A DNA stretch of 32,675 nucleotides from a virus. Lineage: Duplodnaviria; Caudoviricetes. This document shows positions 17,577 through 27,193 of this stretch, piece by piece. The stretch's first letter is position 1. The number at the start of each line of letters is the position of its first letter. The DNA lies in the IMG/VR virus record IMGVR_UViG_3300044228_004908, positions 1 to 32,675 of that record; one strand, written 5' to 3'. The notes beneath the pieces were generated by a model. It was not told the DNA's origin, made no database searches, and saw only the letters and a list, made by a program, of their open reading frames with translations. The position numbers were made by a program, and so were the translations under genes.

Positions 17577-19493
17577 ATGAACAAGTTTTCTCTTGAGTCT
17601 TTGACTGAGGGAATCCGCTCTCGTCACCTGGGTGAAGAAAATGCCCGTTTGACAGAGAAGTGGACTCGCACAGGTCTTCTGCGTGGTCTTGATGGTGTTG
17701 CTCGTGAAAACATGGGCCGCCTTCTTGAGAACCAAGCAGCGGAACTCCTTCGTGAGCAGTCCTCCATCTCTGGTGGTGGCGGTGGTCTCGCATCGTCCGG
17801 TGACCTTCGCGGTTTCTCTAACATCGCATTTCCAATCGTCCGCCGTGTTTTCGGTGGTCTGGTTGCAAACGAGCTGGTTTCCATCCAGCCAATGAGCCTT
17901 CCTTCCGGACTGCTCTTCTACCTTGATTACACCTACGGTTCCAACGTTGGTGGTGACGCATCCCTGACCACAGGTGACGCAGGATCCGCAAACCAGGAAA
18001 CATATAGCCGTGGTGATTCTATCTATAACAACCCAACAGGCAAGGGCGTACGCTCTGGTTCTTTGGCAACAGGCGGTCAGTACGATCTCGCAGGCGCAAC
18101 CTACTCCAAGGTTCACAGCTCCTCGCTTCTTACAGTAATGACAGCTTCCGGTTCCTTCGGTACCAGCAACGTTCTTACTACAGGTGTTCACTGCCACGCA
18201 ACAGGTACTGATGGACGTTTTCTTCAGTTCGACCCACAGGTCACAACACTTATTGAAGAAGACGCACTTAACGGTGCAGCAGACGGCACTGGTATCTTCC
18301 AGTTCCTCTTCCTGCCTTTGATAGACTTTGCTGACACAGTTGATCTTTCAAACGTCAAGGATATTTCCTTGTTTGATTCAGACGCATCAGCTCGCGGTGT
18401 TGTTGCCCTCGGTAGCGACTTCCAAGGCGGACAAAACGTCCTTAACCTTCGTCGTCTGAACCAGATCGGTACATTCGCAAACAGCGCATTTACCCCTAAC
18501 CCACTGGTTAAGAAGGGTGACGCAAACGCAGTCCTTTTGGCTGTTGTTTCTGGTACATACGCTCCTGCCGCAGGCGCTGTAGAAGGTACATGCACCCTCA
18601 CAGCTTCCTTCGCAATTGCTGACTCCTTGAACGTCGAGGACGGTTCTGGTTCTACCCTTACCATTCCTTCTTTCGAATCTGACTTCGGTGCAACACCTTC
18701 ACCAGTCATTCCTGAGATCGACATCAAGGTCGAGTCCATCGCAGTTACAGCAGCAACTCGTAAGCTGCGTGCTCGCTGGTCTCCAGAACTCGCACAGGAT
18801 CTCAACGCATACCACTCGCTGGATGCAGAAGTTGAGCTCACACAGATCCTCTCTGAGCAAGTTGCTCTTGAGATCGACCGCGAAATTCTTAACGACCTTC
18901 TCGTTGAAGCACGTGGTGCAAACCTCTTCTGGTCTCGCGCACCTGGTAAGTTCGTCAACAAGGAAAACGGTCTTGAAGTTACGCTTAGCAGCACGCTCGC
19001 TGCTGGCCCACGCTTCACAGGTACAGTTCGCGAATGGTACGAAACTCTCGTTGAGACAATCATCGACGTTGCAAACACCATTCACCGTAAGACCCTGCGT
19101 GGATCTGCAAACTTCATCGTGGTTTCCCCTGATATGGCAACCATCCTTGAAGCTTCCGTCCTCTACCGTCCATCCTACAGCTTGGACGGCGAAGGTCAAG
19201 TCTCTACCCCATTCACATTGGGCGCAGAGAAGGTTGGTACATTGAGCAACCGCTTTACGGTCTACAAAGATCCTTACTTCCCACGTAACAAAGTTCTCGT
19301 CGGATACAAGGGTGGATCTTACCTTGAGACCGGATACGTATATGCTCCATACGTACCGCTGATCGTCACACCTACCATTTTCGCACCAGAAGACTTCACA
19401 CCTCGCAAGGGCGTGATGACTCGCTACGGTAAGAAGATGGTTCGCGCTGACTTCTACGGAACAGTTACTTGCTTGGATCTTAACGTGATCTAA
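17577..19493 (+). CDS. Major capsid protein (T4 gp23-like) with a large insertion domain
   Basis: 'LLENQ', 'FPIVRRVF', 'VSIQPMSLPSGLLFYLD', 'AVTAATRKLRARWSPELAQDLNAYHSLDAEVELTQILS', 'YAPYVPL', 'FTPRKGVMTRY'. AAGGAG SD and strongly biased codons. Confidence 0.97.
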   Translation: MNKFSLESLTEGIRSRHLGEENARLTEKWTRTGLLRGLDGVARENMGRLLENQAAELLREQSSISGGGGGLASSGDLRGFSNIAFPIVRRVFGGLVANELVSIQPMSLPSGLLFYLDYTYGSNVGGDASLTTGDAGSANQETYSRGDSIYNNPTGKGVRSGSLATGGQYDLAGATYSKVHSSSLLTVMTASGSFGTSNVLTTGVHCHATGTDGRFLQFDPQVTTLIEEDALNGAADGTGIFQFLFLPLIDFADTVDLSNVKDISLFDSDASARGVVALGSDFQGGQNVLNLRRLNQIGTFANSAFTPNPLVKKGDANAVLLAVVSGTYAPAAGAVEGTCTLTASFAIADSLNVEDGSGSTLTIPSFESDFGATPSPVIPEIDIKVESIAVTAATRKLRARWSPELAQDLNAYHSLDAEVELTQILSEQVALEIDREILNDLLVEARGANLFWSRAPGKFVNKENGLEVTLSSTLAAGPRFTGTVREWYETLVETIIDVANTIHRKTLRGSANFIVVSPDMATILEASVLYRPSYSLDGEGQVSTPFTLGAEKVGTLSNRFTVYKDPYFPRNKVLVGYKGGSYLETGYVYAPYVPLIVTPTIFAPEDFTPRKGVMTRYGKKMVRADFYGTVTCLDLNVI

Positions 19494-19528
19494 GACAGAA
19501 CATCAGTTCTAAGGAATTTATTCCTGAG

Positions 19529-19560
19529 AAAGAGCCGCCTTTTGGCGGCTCTTTTTTTTT
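19529..19560 (+). terminator. Rho-independent terminator after the capsid gene
   Basis: AAAGAGCCGCC-TTTT-GGCGGCTCTTT hairpin running into a T9 tract. Confidence 0.92.
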
Positions 19561-19657
19561 GGAGTAAAAAAGCGATCACAAAAGCATAATTAGTTTAGAA
19601 CAGCTTGTTATAGTAAATTTTCAAGTTCAAATATTTGGTAAACAAAAGGAGACTTCA

Positions 19658-20203
19658 ATGGTCAAGACAGTCATCAATAATAAGGGCGTGGTTGCTCGCA
19701 CTGGCACAGGAACTAAGATCGAAAATGATCTAAATATTTCAGGCGCAACAACAATCGGTGGCGCAGCTACTGTTACAGGCCAGGGGCTCACAGGATGTGC
19801 TTATAGTGCAGAATCGGCAATTACAGGCACAGGTGCTACAAACACAGACTTGGAAGTTACAATTCCAGCAGGCGCTGTTATCCTCGACGTAGGTGTTGTG
19901 TTTACTGAGGCAGTCGTAATTAACTCGAACGCCAACCTATCAGTCACAGTCGGATTCTCTGCAGGAGACAATGCTATCTGTACTGCAACTAATATGATTT
20001 CTGCCAACACAGCTGCTGCCCTAGGTTCAGCAATTTCTGTCTCAGGAGCCAATGGAGAAGGAGCAGCAGCACTAGCTTTTGTCGCAAATGCTCCGCTAAG
20101 AGTTGCAGCTGAGGACGTCATCTTCTTCAGAGTTGCTAACTCTGCAAACAACGTTACAGCCGGAAAAGCCGTCGCATTCGTAAGATACATGGTGGTCTCA
20201 TAA
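19658..20203 (+). CDS. Putative capsid decoration/head-fibre protein, paralog 1
   Basis: 181 aa, Ala/Gly/Thr/Val-rich beta protein, 'VTIPAGAVILDVGVVFTEAV'. AAGGAG SD, directly after the capsid gene. Function inferred from position and composition. Confidence 0.6.
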   Translation: MVKTVINNKGVVARTGTGTKIENDLNISGATTIGGAATVTGQGLTGCAYSAESAITGTGATNTDLEVTIPAGAVILDVGVVFTEAVVINSNANLSVTVGFSAGDNAICTATNMISANTAAALGSAISVSGANGEGAAALAFVANAPLRVAAEDVIFFRVANSANNVTAGKAVAFVRYMVVS

Positions 20204-20228
20204 CAAGAAGTATTAAAAGGAGAATATC

Positions 20229-20780
20229 ATGGCAAAAGTAGTAATCGATGATGTAAGAGGCATAGACCAAAAATCAGTAGGTTCAGGTGCAGTTATAAAA
20301 AACACATCAGAGTTTGCGGGAACTTTGAACTTAAATCCCACGTCAATCACAAACTCAGGCGGCGGACTAACAATGGTTGCTTTAGGTGAAGCTAAGTCCT
20401 TACTAAGGACAGGAGCGGGTAATGTTGCTCTTTCTTGTACAGTTCCTGCAAATGCAATGTTAGTTAATGTTGGTGTTGTTTTCACAACTGCAGTGACGCT
20501 TAGCGGTGCGACTAATTCAGGTGTCACAGTTGGCACATCCGCTGCTGGCACTGATATCTCAACAGGAAATCTTGGTTCATCAACTGCATCACCAGCCCCA
20601 ATCAATACAGTTATTTCAACTAAAGCATCAACCGAAGCTGGTGGGACATTGTCTTTTGTAGCTAATGCAAAGCTACACTTTACATCCGAGCAGGTAATTC
20701 ATATTACGGTTAATAATCAAGCAAACAACATAACAGCTGGAGTCGGAGTCCCCTTTGCTGAGTATATTATTGTTTCATAG
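20229..20780 (+). CDS. Putative capsid decoration/head-fibre protein, paralog 2
   Basis: 183 aa. 'CTVPANAMLVNVGVVFTTAV', 'LSFVANA', 'ANNITAG' match paralog 1. AAGGAG SD. Confidence 0.6.
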   Translation: MAKVVIDDVRGIDQKSVGSGAVIKNTSEFAGTLNLNPTSITNSGGGLTMVALGEAKSLLRTGAGNVALSCTVPANAMLVNVGVVFTTAVTLSGATNSGVTVGTSAAGTDISTGNLGSSTASPAPINTVISTKASTEAGGTLSFVANAKLHFTSEQVIHITVNNQANNITAGVGVPFAEYIIVS

Positions 20781-20805
20781 AATTAAATCATAATTCGCTA
20801 AAGAG

Positions 20806-20833
20806 AAGGCTCTCAAAAACGAGAGCCTTTTTT
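20806..20833 (+). terminator. Rho-independent terminator
   Basis: AAGGCTCTC-AAAAAC-GAGAGCCTT hairpin followed by TTTT. Confidence 0.88.
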
Positions 20834-20877
20834 GTACTTAAAAAAAGTGCTTGTTTTGTCCTAAATTATTTGACACC

Positions 20878-20885
20878 ATATTTAA
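20878..20885 (+). promoter_or_regulatory. Putative late promoter motif ATATTTAA
   Basis: Downstream of a terminator and about 28 nt before the neck gene start, where a new promoter is needed. Confidence 0.6.
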
Positions 20886-20912
20886 TACTGTTAGAATTAA
20901 CGGAGAAATCTT

Positions 20913-22085
20913 GTGGCAACATTTGCAAACACATTAAACCCAACTCCATTTGGAGCTTTTGATTCTGATACAGACTTCCAAACAGATGGTGACAGCATGG
21001 TCACGTTTGTCAAGAGAAAGCTTGGCGACGATATTCTATCTGTTGAATTAACAAAGAAACAGGTCTGGGCATGCTTTGAAGAGTCATTTTTCCAGTATGG
21101 GCAAATTGTTAATGAGTACCAGGCGAGATCGCAGATATCTTCATTTTTAGGTACACCCACTGGATCCTTAACAGGGTCGGAACAGAAGTACCCTAGAGAT
21201 ACTCTTGAGTTTTTAGTTAGACAAGCAGAGCCTTATGCGTTCGAAGCATCTGTCGGAGGTAGCTACAACTCAATCTCAGGATCGATCGCTCTCGAAGCCG
21301 GCCGTCAAGATTATGATTTATACGATGAGTTAAAAGATTCATCTGGTAACTTATTGTTTTCCTCGTCTTTAAATGTGAATAGCACAAGAATGAAAATTCA
21401 AGAAGTGTTTCACTTTAACCCGCAGGCAGCGTATAGGTTTTTTGATACAACGTCAGCTATAAACTATCTCAATAATGAGTTCTCTTTTGAGTCTTTTACA
21501 CCTGAGACTATTTTTTACGTACTTCCTGTATTTGAAGATATATTAAGAGCAGGGCAGATGAACGTATCTCATAGAGTGAGAAGATCTAATTATTACTATA
21601 AGATAATAGGGACAAAGCTTCGAATATATCCTATGCCGACAGGAGATCAAACTAACAGAGACTTGTATGTTCGTGTCACCTTTGCTCCAGATCCTCTTAA
21701 TCCTGCTTTTGAAGATGCGACAATTGAAGGTGTTTCAAACCTTTCCAATATTCCTTTTGGGGATTTGCAGTACTCAAGAGTAAATAGCATTGGTAGGCAA
21801 TGGGTAAGACAGTATACGCTCGCACTCGCGACCGAGCTTCTTGGGCACGTTAGATCAAAATTCTCTACGATGCCCATACCAAACAACACAGTTCAGTTGG
21901 ACGGTAGCAGCCTAGTCACTCAAGGTCGCGAAGACAAAAAAGAATTGAATACTAAATTAAGATCTATGCTAGAGTCGCTTACATATGACAAGATAATTGA
22001 AATGAATGCGACCAAAGCCGAAAACATACAGCGTCAACTTAAAACTGTGCCTGTTCCAAATGGGCGCGCAATTACAATGGGGTAG
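20913..22085 (+). CDS. Neck/head-completion protein (T4 gp13-like)
   Basis: 'FVKRKLG...LSVEL..KQV..C', 'WVRQYTLAL..ELLGHVRSKF...PIP...VQLDG..L...G.EDK'. GTG start with a GGAG SD; expected position. Confidence 0.82.
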   Translation: MATFANTLNPTPFGAFDSDTDFQTDGDSMVTFVKRKLGDDILSVELTKKQVWACFEESFFQYGQIVNEYQARSQISSFLGTPTGSLTGSEQKYPRDTLEFLVRQAEPYAFEASVGGSYNSISGSIALEAGRQDYDLYDELKDSSGNLLFSSSLNVNSTRMKIQEVFHFNPQAAYRFFDTTSAINYLNNEFSFESFTPETIFYVLPVFEDILRAGQMNVSHRVRRSNYYYKIIGTKLRIYPMPTGDQTNRDLYVRVTFAPDPLNPAFEDATIEGVSNLSNIPFGDLQYSRVNSIGRQWVRQYTLALATELLGHVRSKFSTMPIPNNTVQLDGSSLVTQGREDKKELNTKLRSMLESLTYDKIIEMNATKAENIQRQLKTVPVPNGRAITMG

Positions 22086-22093
22086 GATAGAAA

Positions 22094-22759
22094 TTGGGTA
22101 GACTGTTTATTACGCCTAGAGAAATTGGTTTGGTTAATGATCTTACCAAGGAGCTCATAAAAGACGTTGTAGGTCAAAAGATCTACTACTATTCAATTTC
22201 TCTAACTAAGACAAAAATCAATACTCTTTACGATGAGGCACCCGAAAAGATTTTTGAAAACCCAGTTGAAATAAATTGCTTTGTAGACTACAAAGAACCC
22301 ACATATAAAATCGGTCAATTCGGAGTTGACGAAACACAAAACCTCGAAGCGTACATTCAATATCGCGATCTGCTTGACAAAGGCATTGAAATCGATGTCG
22401 GTGACTTTTTCTCTTATGGCGACGTGTTCTTTGAAATAATTTCAGCAACCAAGATAAAAGAACTTTTTGGTCAAATAGAATACGGTGATGGTTACAGACT
22501 AATTGGTAAACAGGCAAGAAAAGAACAGTTTCTCACGCACGTTATCGGCCCCACTGATGAAAAATACTCTGATGACGATGCCGTTCAAGAATCTTTTGTC
22601 CAACAGCGAGGCTTTGATAGTAATTCTGAAGGCAAAACAGGAGATGTTAGAGAGCTACAAAAAAATGATGTTCTCGATGCACCACTTTCAGGACCACAAG
22701 AAGTTTCGCCAAAAGGTCGCGACGGCAGCGCAGGATCTTCTTTTTACGATGATGAGTAA
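22094..22759 (+). CDS. Neck/head-closure protein (T4 gp14-like)
   Basis: 'GQKIYYY', 'LYDEA..K.F', 'GQFG', 'I.VGDFF.Y...FFEI'. Follows the gp13-like gene; TTG start. Confidence 0.72.
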   Translation: MGRLFITPREIGLVNDLTKELIKDVVGQKIYYYSISLTKTKINTLYDEAPEKIFENPVEINCFVDYKEPTYKIGQFGVDETQNLEAYIQYRDLLDKGIEIDVGDFFSYGDVFFEIISATKIKELFGQIEYGDGYRLIGKQARKEQFLTHVIGPTDEKYSDDDAVQESFVQQRGFDSNSEGKTGDVRELQKNDVLDAPLSGPQEVSPKGRDGSAGSSFYDDE

Positions 22760-22764
22760 AGCTT

Positions 22765-23970
22765 ATGTCAACCAGAGATAATTTAAAAAAGCCGAAGGGC
22801 ACAAATGATTTTATCCCGTCAGGTCTAGACGGCAATAACATTCCTGAAGATTTTCATCTCCCGTCTTGTGGGCTTGAAGATATAGACAAAGCTTTTTTTG
22901 ACTTATTCGACCAGCAGCTTAACTTCAATATTGAAAACAGGAGTAAAACACTGACTGTGCCTGTTGTTTTTGCCACAGGTGAAAGGTTTGCGATTGTTAA
23001 AAGAAGAAAACCCTTGAGAGACGCAGCTGGTGCACTTATCCTACCTGTTGTCGCAATAAGAAGATCGGCCATCGACCAGTCTCCTGCAACAGAGCGCCTT
23101 GCAGATGTCGGTGACCTTGTAATTAAAAAAAGGCTTAGTAAAAAAGATCCAAGATATCAAAACTTAGTTAATAAACCAAGTCTAAAAAATCAAGATAGCG
23201 TCGCTGATTCTTCTCATGACTTAGACACGACAAATCCAAGGTCTGCTACTCCAGGCACAGTAAATTCTAGAAGACCAAGAACTCAAGAAACTGTAAACGT
23301 ACAAGCAGGAAAACTTCTCGCTCCCGATTTAGGTGACAATATATTTGAAGTGCTTACCATACCTTTCCCGCATTTTATAACTGTGAATTACGAGGTTACA
23401 TTCTGGACGCAATACATGTCACATATGAACCAACTTATAGAAAAGTTCGTTAGTTCATACACAGGCAACAGAAATCAATTTAAGATCGAAACTGAAAAAG
23501 GGTATTGGTTTGTCGCTTACGCTGCAAACACTGTGACTAACGCAGACAACTTTGATAATTTTTCGCAGGATGAAAGATTAGTACGCTATACTTTTAACAT
23601 GACAGTACCAGCGTATATAGTTGGAACTCAAAATCCAGGACAAATGAATCCTATTAGAAGTTATATTTCTGCTCCTGATGTTTCTTTTGAGATTTTTACA
23701 GCAAATGCTCCTATAGTCGAGCACCCTAGCCAACTCCCTGACCCAACAGGAAATCTTGATAAATTTATTTTAAATGACGTTGATCAAATCAACACTGCAG
23801 GTAATGAAATAGAAGACCGGCGCCTACAGTACTTAAAAGCTGTCAACAAGATACGAAATCCCTTTTCTGGGGAGAACGAAAATGAGTTTCTCAAAGTTTT
23901 GACAAGAAACCAACGTCAGGGCGAAACAGTTGTCAGCGCGCGTATAATTAATAAGATTGATGATATATAA
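22765..23970 (+). CDS. Tail terminator/sheath stabiliser (T4 gp15-like)
   Basis: 'VPVVFATGER', 'ILPVVAIRR', 'P..ITVNYEVTFWTQYMSHMNQLIE', 'R.VRYTFNMTVPAYI'. Between neck and sheath genes. Confidence 0.72.
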   Translation: MSTRDNLKKPKGTNDFIPSGLDGNNIPEDFHLPSCGLEDIDKAFFDLFDQQLNFNIENRSKTLTVPVVFATGERFAIVKRRKPLRDAAGALILPVVAIRRSAIDQSPATERLADVGDLVIKKRLSKKDPRYQNLVNKPSLKNQDSVADSSHDLDTTNPRSATPGTVNSRRPRTQETVNVQAGKLLAPDLGDNIFEVLTIPFPHFITVNYEVTFWTQYMSHMNQLIEKFVSSYTGNRNQFKIETEKGYWFVAYAANTVTNADNFDNFSQDERLVRYTFNMTVPAYIVGTQNPGQMNPIRSYISAPDVSFEIFTANAPIVEHPSQLPDPTGNLDKFILNDVDQINTAGNEIEDRRLQYLKAVNKIRNPFSGENENEFLKVLTRNQRQGETVVSARIINKIDDI

Positions 23971-24036
23971 AGACTTTTGGCTTTTCTCCTCATAATTATT
24001 ACGTTACTATAGTGACCACTGTAGGAGATTAATCAC

Positions 24037-27000
24037 ATGGCAGAAAAGACTTTTAGATCTCCGGGCGTATTCCAGCAAGAGGTAGATCTCACACAGAGAG
24101 TTCAAGATCCTCTTGGAACTCCGGCGGGTATTATTGGAACTGCAGAGAGAGGACCTGCTTTTGTTCCAGTTACTGTGGGCAGCATGGCAGATTTTCAAAC
24201 TAAGTTTGGAAGTCTCGATTCTAAGAAGTTTGGCCCTTATGCTGTTAAAGCATTTTTGGATCATGCTAGCGCCGCAACATATGTAAGAGTTTTAGGTGGA
24301 GGAGCAAACTCCACAAGCTCTGATATTTCAACAACTGAAGATCAAGGTTCTGTAAAGAACGCAGGTTTTAAAGTAGCACCTGTTACTTCTGACGGTAGAC
24401 AGGTAAAAGGCGCGGTCCAAATGATCGCAGCTCGTCACTCTGTTCCAGCAGCTGAGTCACAGTCCCCAAGAATATTTACAGACAATGATTCGTTCCCAGG
24501 TGGAGGCGCAGGAGGATTCGTAAACCTCATTAGAGGCGTCATATTCACAACCAATGAAACTGCAGTCGGTGTTTTAGATGGTGCAGAAGACGGAACAGAC
24601 ATATCTGCAATTAGTAACGTTGCTGCATTAAGCACTTCCGGCATAATGGACGGCAAGTTTAAGATTTACGTTTCTTCTTCAAATGATTCTTTTGGAACTG
24701 TGGATGCACAATCAGGTGTCCGCATACTTACAGCCTCTCTGGATCCAAGAGACAAAAATTACATTAGAAGCATTCTAAACACAAATCCAGATAAGTTTGA
24801 AGAAGAAGGTCACTTGCTCTACGCTGCATACGATGTTGAAGCATCTCTCGCAGCAGTTGCAACATCTGGCGACGCTGTCGCAATGCTTTCAGGATCTAGT
24901 AATACGTCGACTAATAATCCAGCAGGCGACGCTTTCTTGTCATCTTATGGTAGGTTTGACACGAGATACGCAACTCCAAAGACCACTGAAATTATCTCTC
25001 AGCCTTTTGGGGAAAAAGAGTTTGATTTGTTTCATTTTGAATCTCTTGATGATGGTGCATTCTCAAACGACCAATACAAGATATCAATAGCAAATATCAA
25101 AGGGTCGACCGATCCACTCAATCCATACGGTACGTTCACAGTTTACGTTCGTGCTTACGATGACTCTGACGCATCTCCTGAGATAATTGAACAGTTTCCA
25201 AACTGCACCTTAAATCCAGACGCTGAGTCGTTCATTGGCGCAATGATCGGTGATCGAAGATTAAAATACAATTTCGATGCCACAGATGAATCAGAAAGAA
25301 AACTGGTATCGCTAGGATCTTACTCGAATAAGTCAAACTTAATTAGAGTTGTTCTTAGCGCACAGCTCCAGAACGGAGACGTTCCTAAGCAAGCATTTCC
25401 TTTCGGTTTTAAAGGTTTGCCAGTTCTTAAAACAAATGATAGTTTAACTGATGTTCCTCCAACAACTCAAGATCCTAGGCTTTACTGCTTAGGCCTCGTT
25501 GGCGGCGCAACCGCTCAAATTTCTGGCTCTATCGTTCCTCCTGTGCCTTACGTTTTTAAGGTAACCAAAGGCGCAGTGGCAACATCAGCTGCTTACGCAG
25601 GTGAGCCTGGCGCCCTTGAGGATGAAGATCCAAGAATTTACTGGGGCGTTAAGACAACTCTTCTTGCTCCAGACACCACGATTAATCCAAACTCAAAAGG
25701 CGCTACTGCCAACGCAATATTGAAATCGAACTTAAACGGTGGGATCAATCATGGCCTCAAGGACATGCTCAAGTTTTCCGGCATTTCCAAGATGGATAAC
25801 CTGGTAACAGGATCTGGCGCCAACGATCTCAATAACAATAAGTTTACACTTGCTCGAGTTGCACTCTCAGCTCAAGCAGGCGGAACAGCAACTGGTTTCT
25901 ACAGCGATACTGAGATTACAGGTGCAGTTGGCCCATACATGAGAGAAGCAGTATACTTGAGAGATGCTAAGCTTGATAACACATCTTATGTTGCAACTGA
26001 TGGAACCAAAGCAAATAGAATTACTTTTGGTACTCTTGCAGCGCAGACTTCTTCCGTGACTTTCAACAAGTTTACAGATTACATGAAGTTTACGACAGTT
26101 CTTCACGGCGGTTTTGATGGTCTTAATATCTTAGATAAGAACGCAGTAAGAATGAATGATAAGTCAGTATCAATCGATTCAGGCGGTGGAGCTGCTACAG
26201 CTTTCACTTCTCCTGGTTTATCTTCAAACGTTGCAGGAACAGGCTTAGACAATAACGGTGTTAACTCTTACAGAGCTGCAGCGTTATCGATACTTGATCC
26301 GTTTACAACAAACATTAACATACTTTCCATCCCAGGTATTAGAGAGCCTTTCGTTACGGACTTTGTCCTCGACAAGAATACCGATTACGGCATGTCTCTA
26401 TACCTCATGGATATTCCAGCTTATGACAAGAATAGCAATAGACTTTACGATGATTCAACTAATCGCCCAGAAGTACAGGCAACAGTTGCTAAGTTTGAGG
26501 CAAGAGGAGTAGACAATAGCTCTGCAGCTTCCTACTTCCCAGATGTTTCAATTGATGATGAAACCAACAACAAAATCGTTGAAGTTCCTTCTTCTGTTGC
26601 GGCAATCGGAGCACTAGCCTTCACAGACAAGGCGCGCTATCCTTGGTTCGCCCCTGCAGGGTTTGATCGAGGATCACTTTCAAACGTACAGTCAGCTAAG
26701 GCTAAGTTGAATGCCGCTGATAAAGATACATTGTACGATGCAAGAATCAATCCCATTGCAACTTTCCCAAGAATCGGACCAGGTGGCACACCAGGTTACG
26801 TGATCTTCGGGCAGAAAACCTTACAGCAGGCAAAATCTGCGCTTGATAGAGTGAACGTTAGAAGAATGCTCCTCGAAGTTAAGCGTCAAGTTGTCGCTGT
26901 TGCAAACAACTTTGTCTTTGAACAAAATACTCCGGCATTGAGAAAGAAATTCGTTGCTCAAGTATCTCCTTTGCTCGCTGCGGTGCAAGCCCAAAGCGGT

Positions 27001-27162
27001 ATTGAGAAATTTAGAGTGATAATGGACGACACTAACAATTCTCAGGCTGATATTGAGTCGAACAGATTAAACGGTAGGATCATTCTTGTTCCTACACGTG
27101 CTATTGAATTTATCTCACTCGACTTTATTATCACAAATGCTGGTGTGAGTTTCGAAGTATAG
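24037..27162 (+). CDS. Tail sheath protein 1 (gp18-like)
   Basis: 'SPGVFQQEVDLT', 'G.AERGPAFVP', 'PWFAPAGFDRG', 'LYDARINPI', 'FGQKTLQ..SALDRVNVRR', 'FEQN', 'PTRAIEFISLDF'. Confidence 0.95.
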   Translation: MAEKTFRSPGVFQQEVDLTQRVQDPLGTPAGIIGTAERGPAFVPVTVGSMADFQTKFGSLDSKKFGPYAVKAFLDHASAATYVRVLGGGANSTSSDISTTEDQGSVKNAGFKVAPVTSDGRQVKGAVQMIAARHSVPAAESQSPRIFTDNDSFPGGGAGGFVNLIRGVIFTTNETAVGVLDGAEDGTDISAISNVAALSTSGIMDGKFKIYVSSSNDSFGTVDAQSGVRILTASLDPRDKNYIRSILNTNPDKFEEEGHLLYAAYDVEASLAAVATSGDAVAMLSGSSNTSTNNPAGDAFLSSYGRFDTRYATPKTTEIISQPFGEKEFDLFHFESLDDGAFSNDQYKISIANIKGSTDPLNPYGTFTVYVRAYDDSDASPEIIEQFPNCTLNPDAESFIGAMIGDRRLKYNFDATDESERKLVSLGSYSNKSNLIRVVLSAQLQNGDVPKQAFPFGFKGLPVLKTNDSLTDVPPTTQDPRLYCLGLVGGATAQISGSIVPPVPYVFKVTKGAVATSAAYAGEPGALEDEDPRIYWGVKTTLLAPDTTINPNSKGATANAILKSNLNGGINHGLKDMLKFSGISKMDNLVTGSGANDLNNNKFTLARVALSAQAGGTATGFYSDTEITGAVGPYMREAVYLRDAKLDNTSYVATDGTKANRITFGTLAAQTSSVTFNKFTDYMKFTTVLHGGFDGLNILDKNAVRMNDKSVSIDSGGGAATAFTSPGLSSNVAGTGLDNNGVNSYRAAALSILDPFTTNINILSIPGIREPFVTDFVLDKNTDYGMSLYLMDIPAYDKNSNRLYDDSTNRPEVQATVAKFEARGVDNSSAASYFPDVSIDDETNNKIVEVPSSVAAIGALAFTDKARYPWFAPAGFDRGSLSNVQSAKAKLNAADKDTLYDARINPIATFPRIGPGGTPGYVIFGQKTLQQAKSALDRVNVRRMLLEVKRQVVAVANNFVFEQNTPALRKKFVAQVSPLLAAVQAQSGIEKFRVIMDDTNNSQADIESNRLNGRIILVPTRAIEFISLDFIITNAGVSFEV

Positions 27163-27170
27163 ATATTTAT
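27163..27170 (+). promoter_or_regulatory. Putative late promoter motif ATATTTAT
   Basis: Fits in the short gap between the two sheath genes, about 24 nt before ATG 27194. Confidence 0.6.
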
Positions 27171-27193
27171 GATATGATATTGGAGTTTTGAGA

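Noticed and set aside
17562-19245. Long antisense and alternate-frame ORFs over the capsid gene (e.g. 18224..19081 -, 17562..18197 -, 18688..19245 +)
   Set aside because: Shadow ORFs expected from the strong codon bias of a highly expressed gene; no recognisable motifs.
8592-19493. Introns or inteins in TerL, portal or capsid genes
   Set aside because: ORFs are continuous with motifs in normal order; no intein termini or homing-endonuclease motifs seen.
24472-24478. ATATTTA inside sheath gene 1
   Set aside because: Intragenic with no obvious gene start to serve; compatible with chance in AT-rich DNA.
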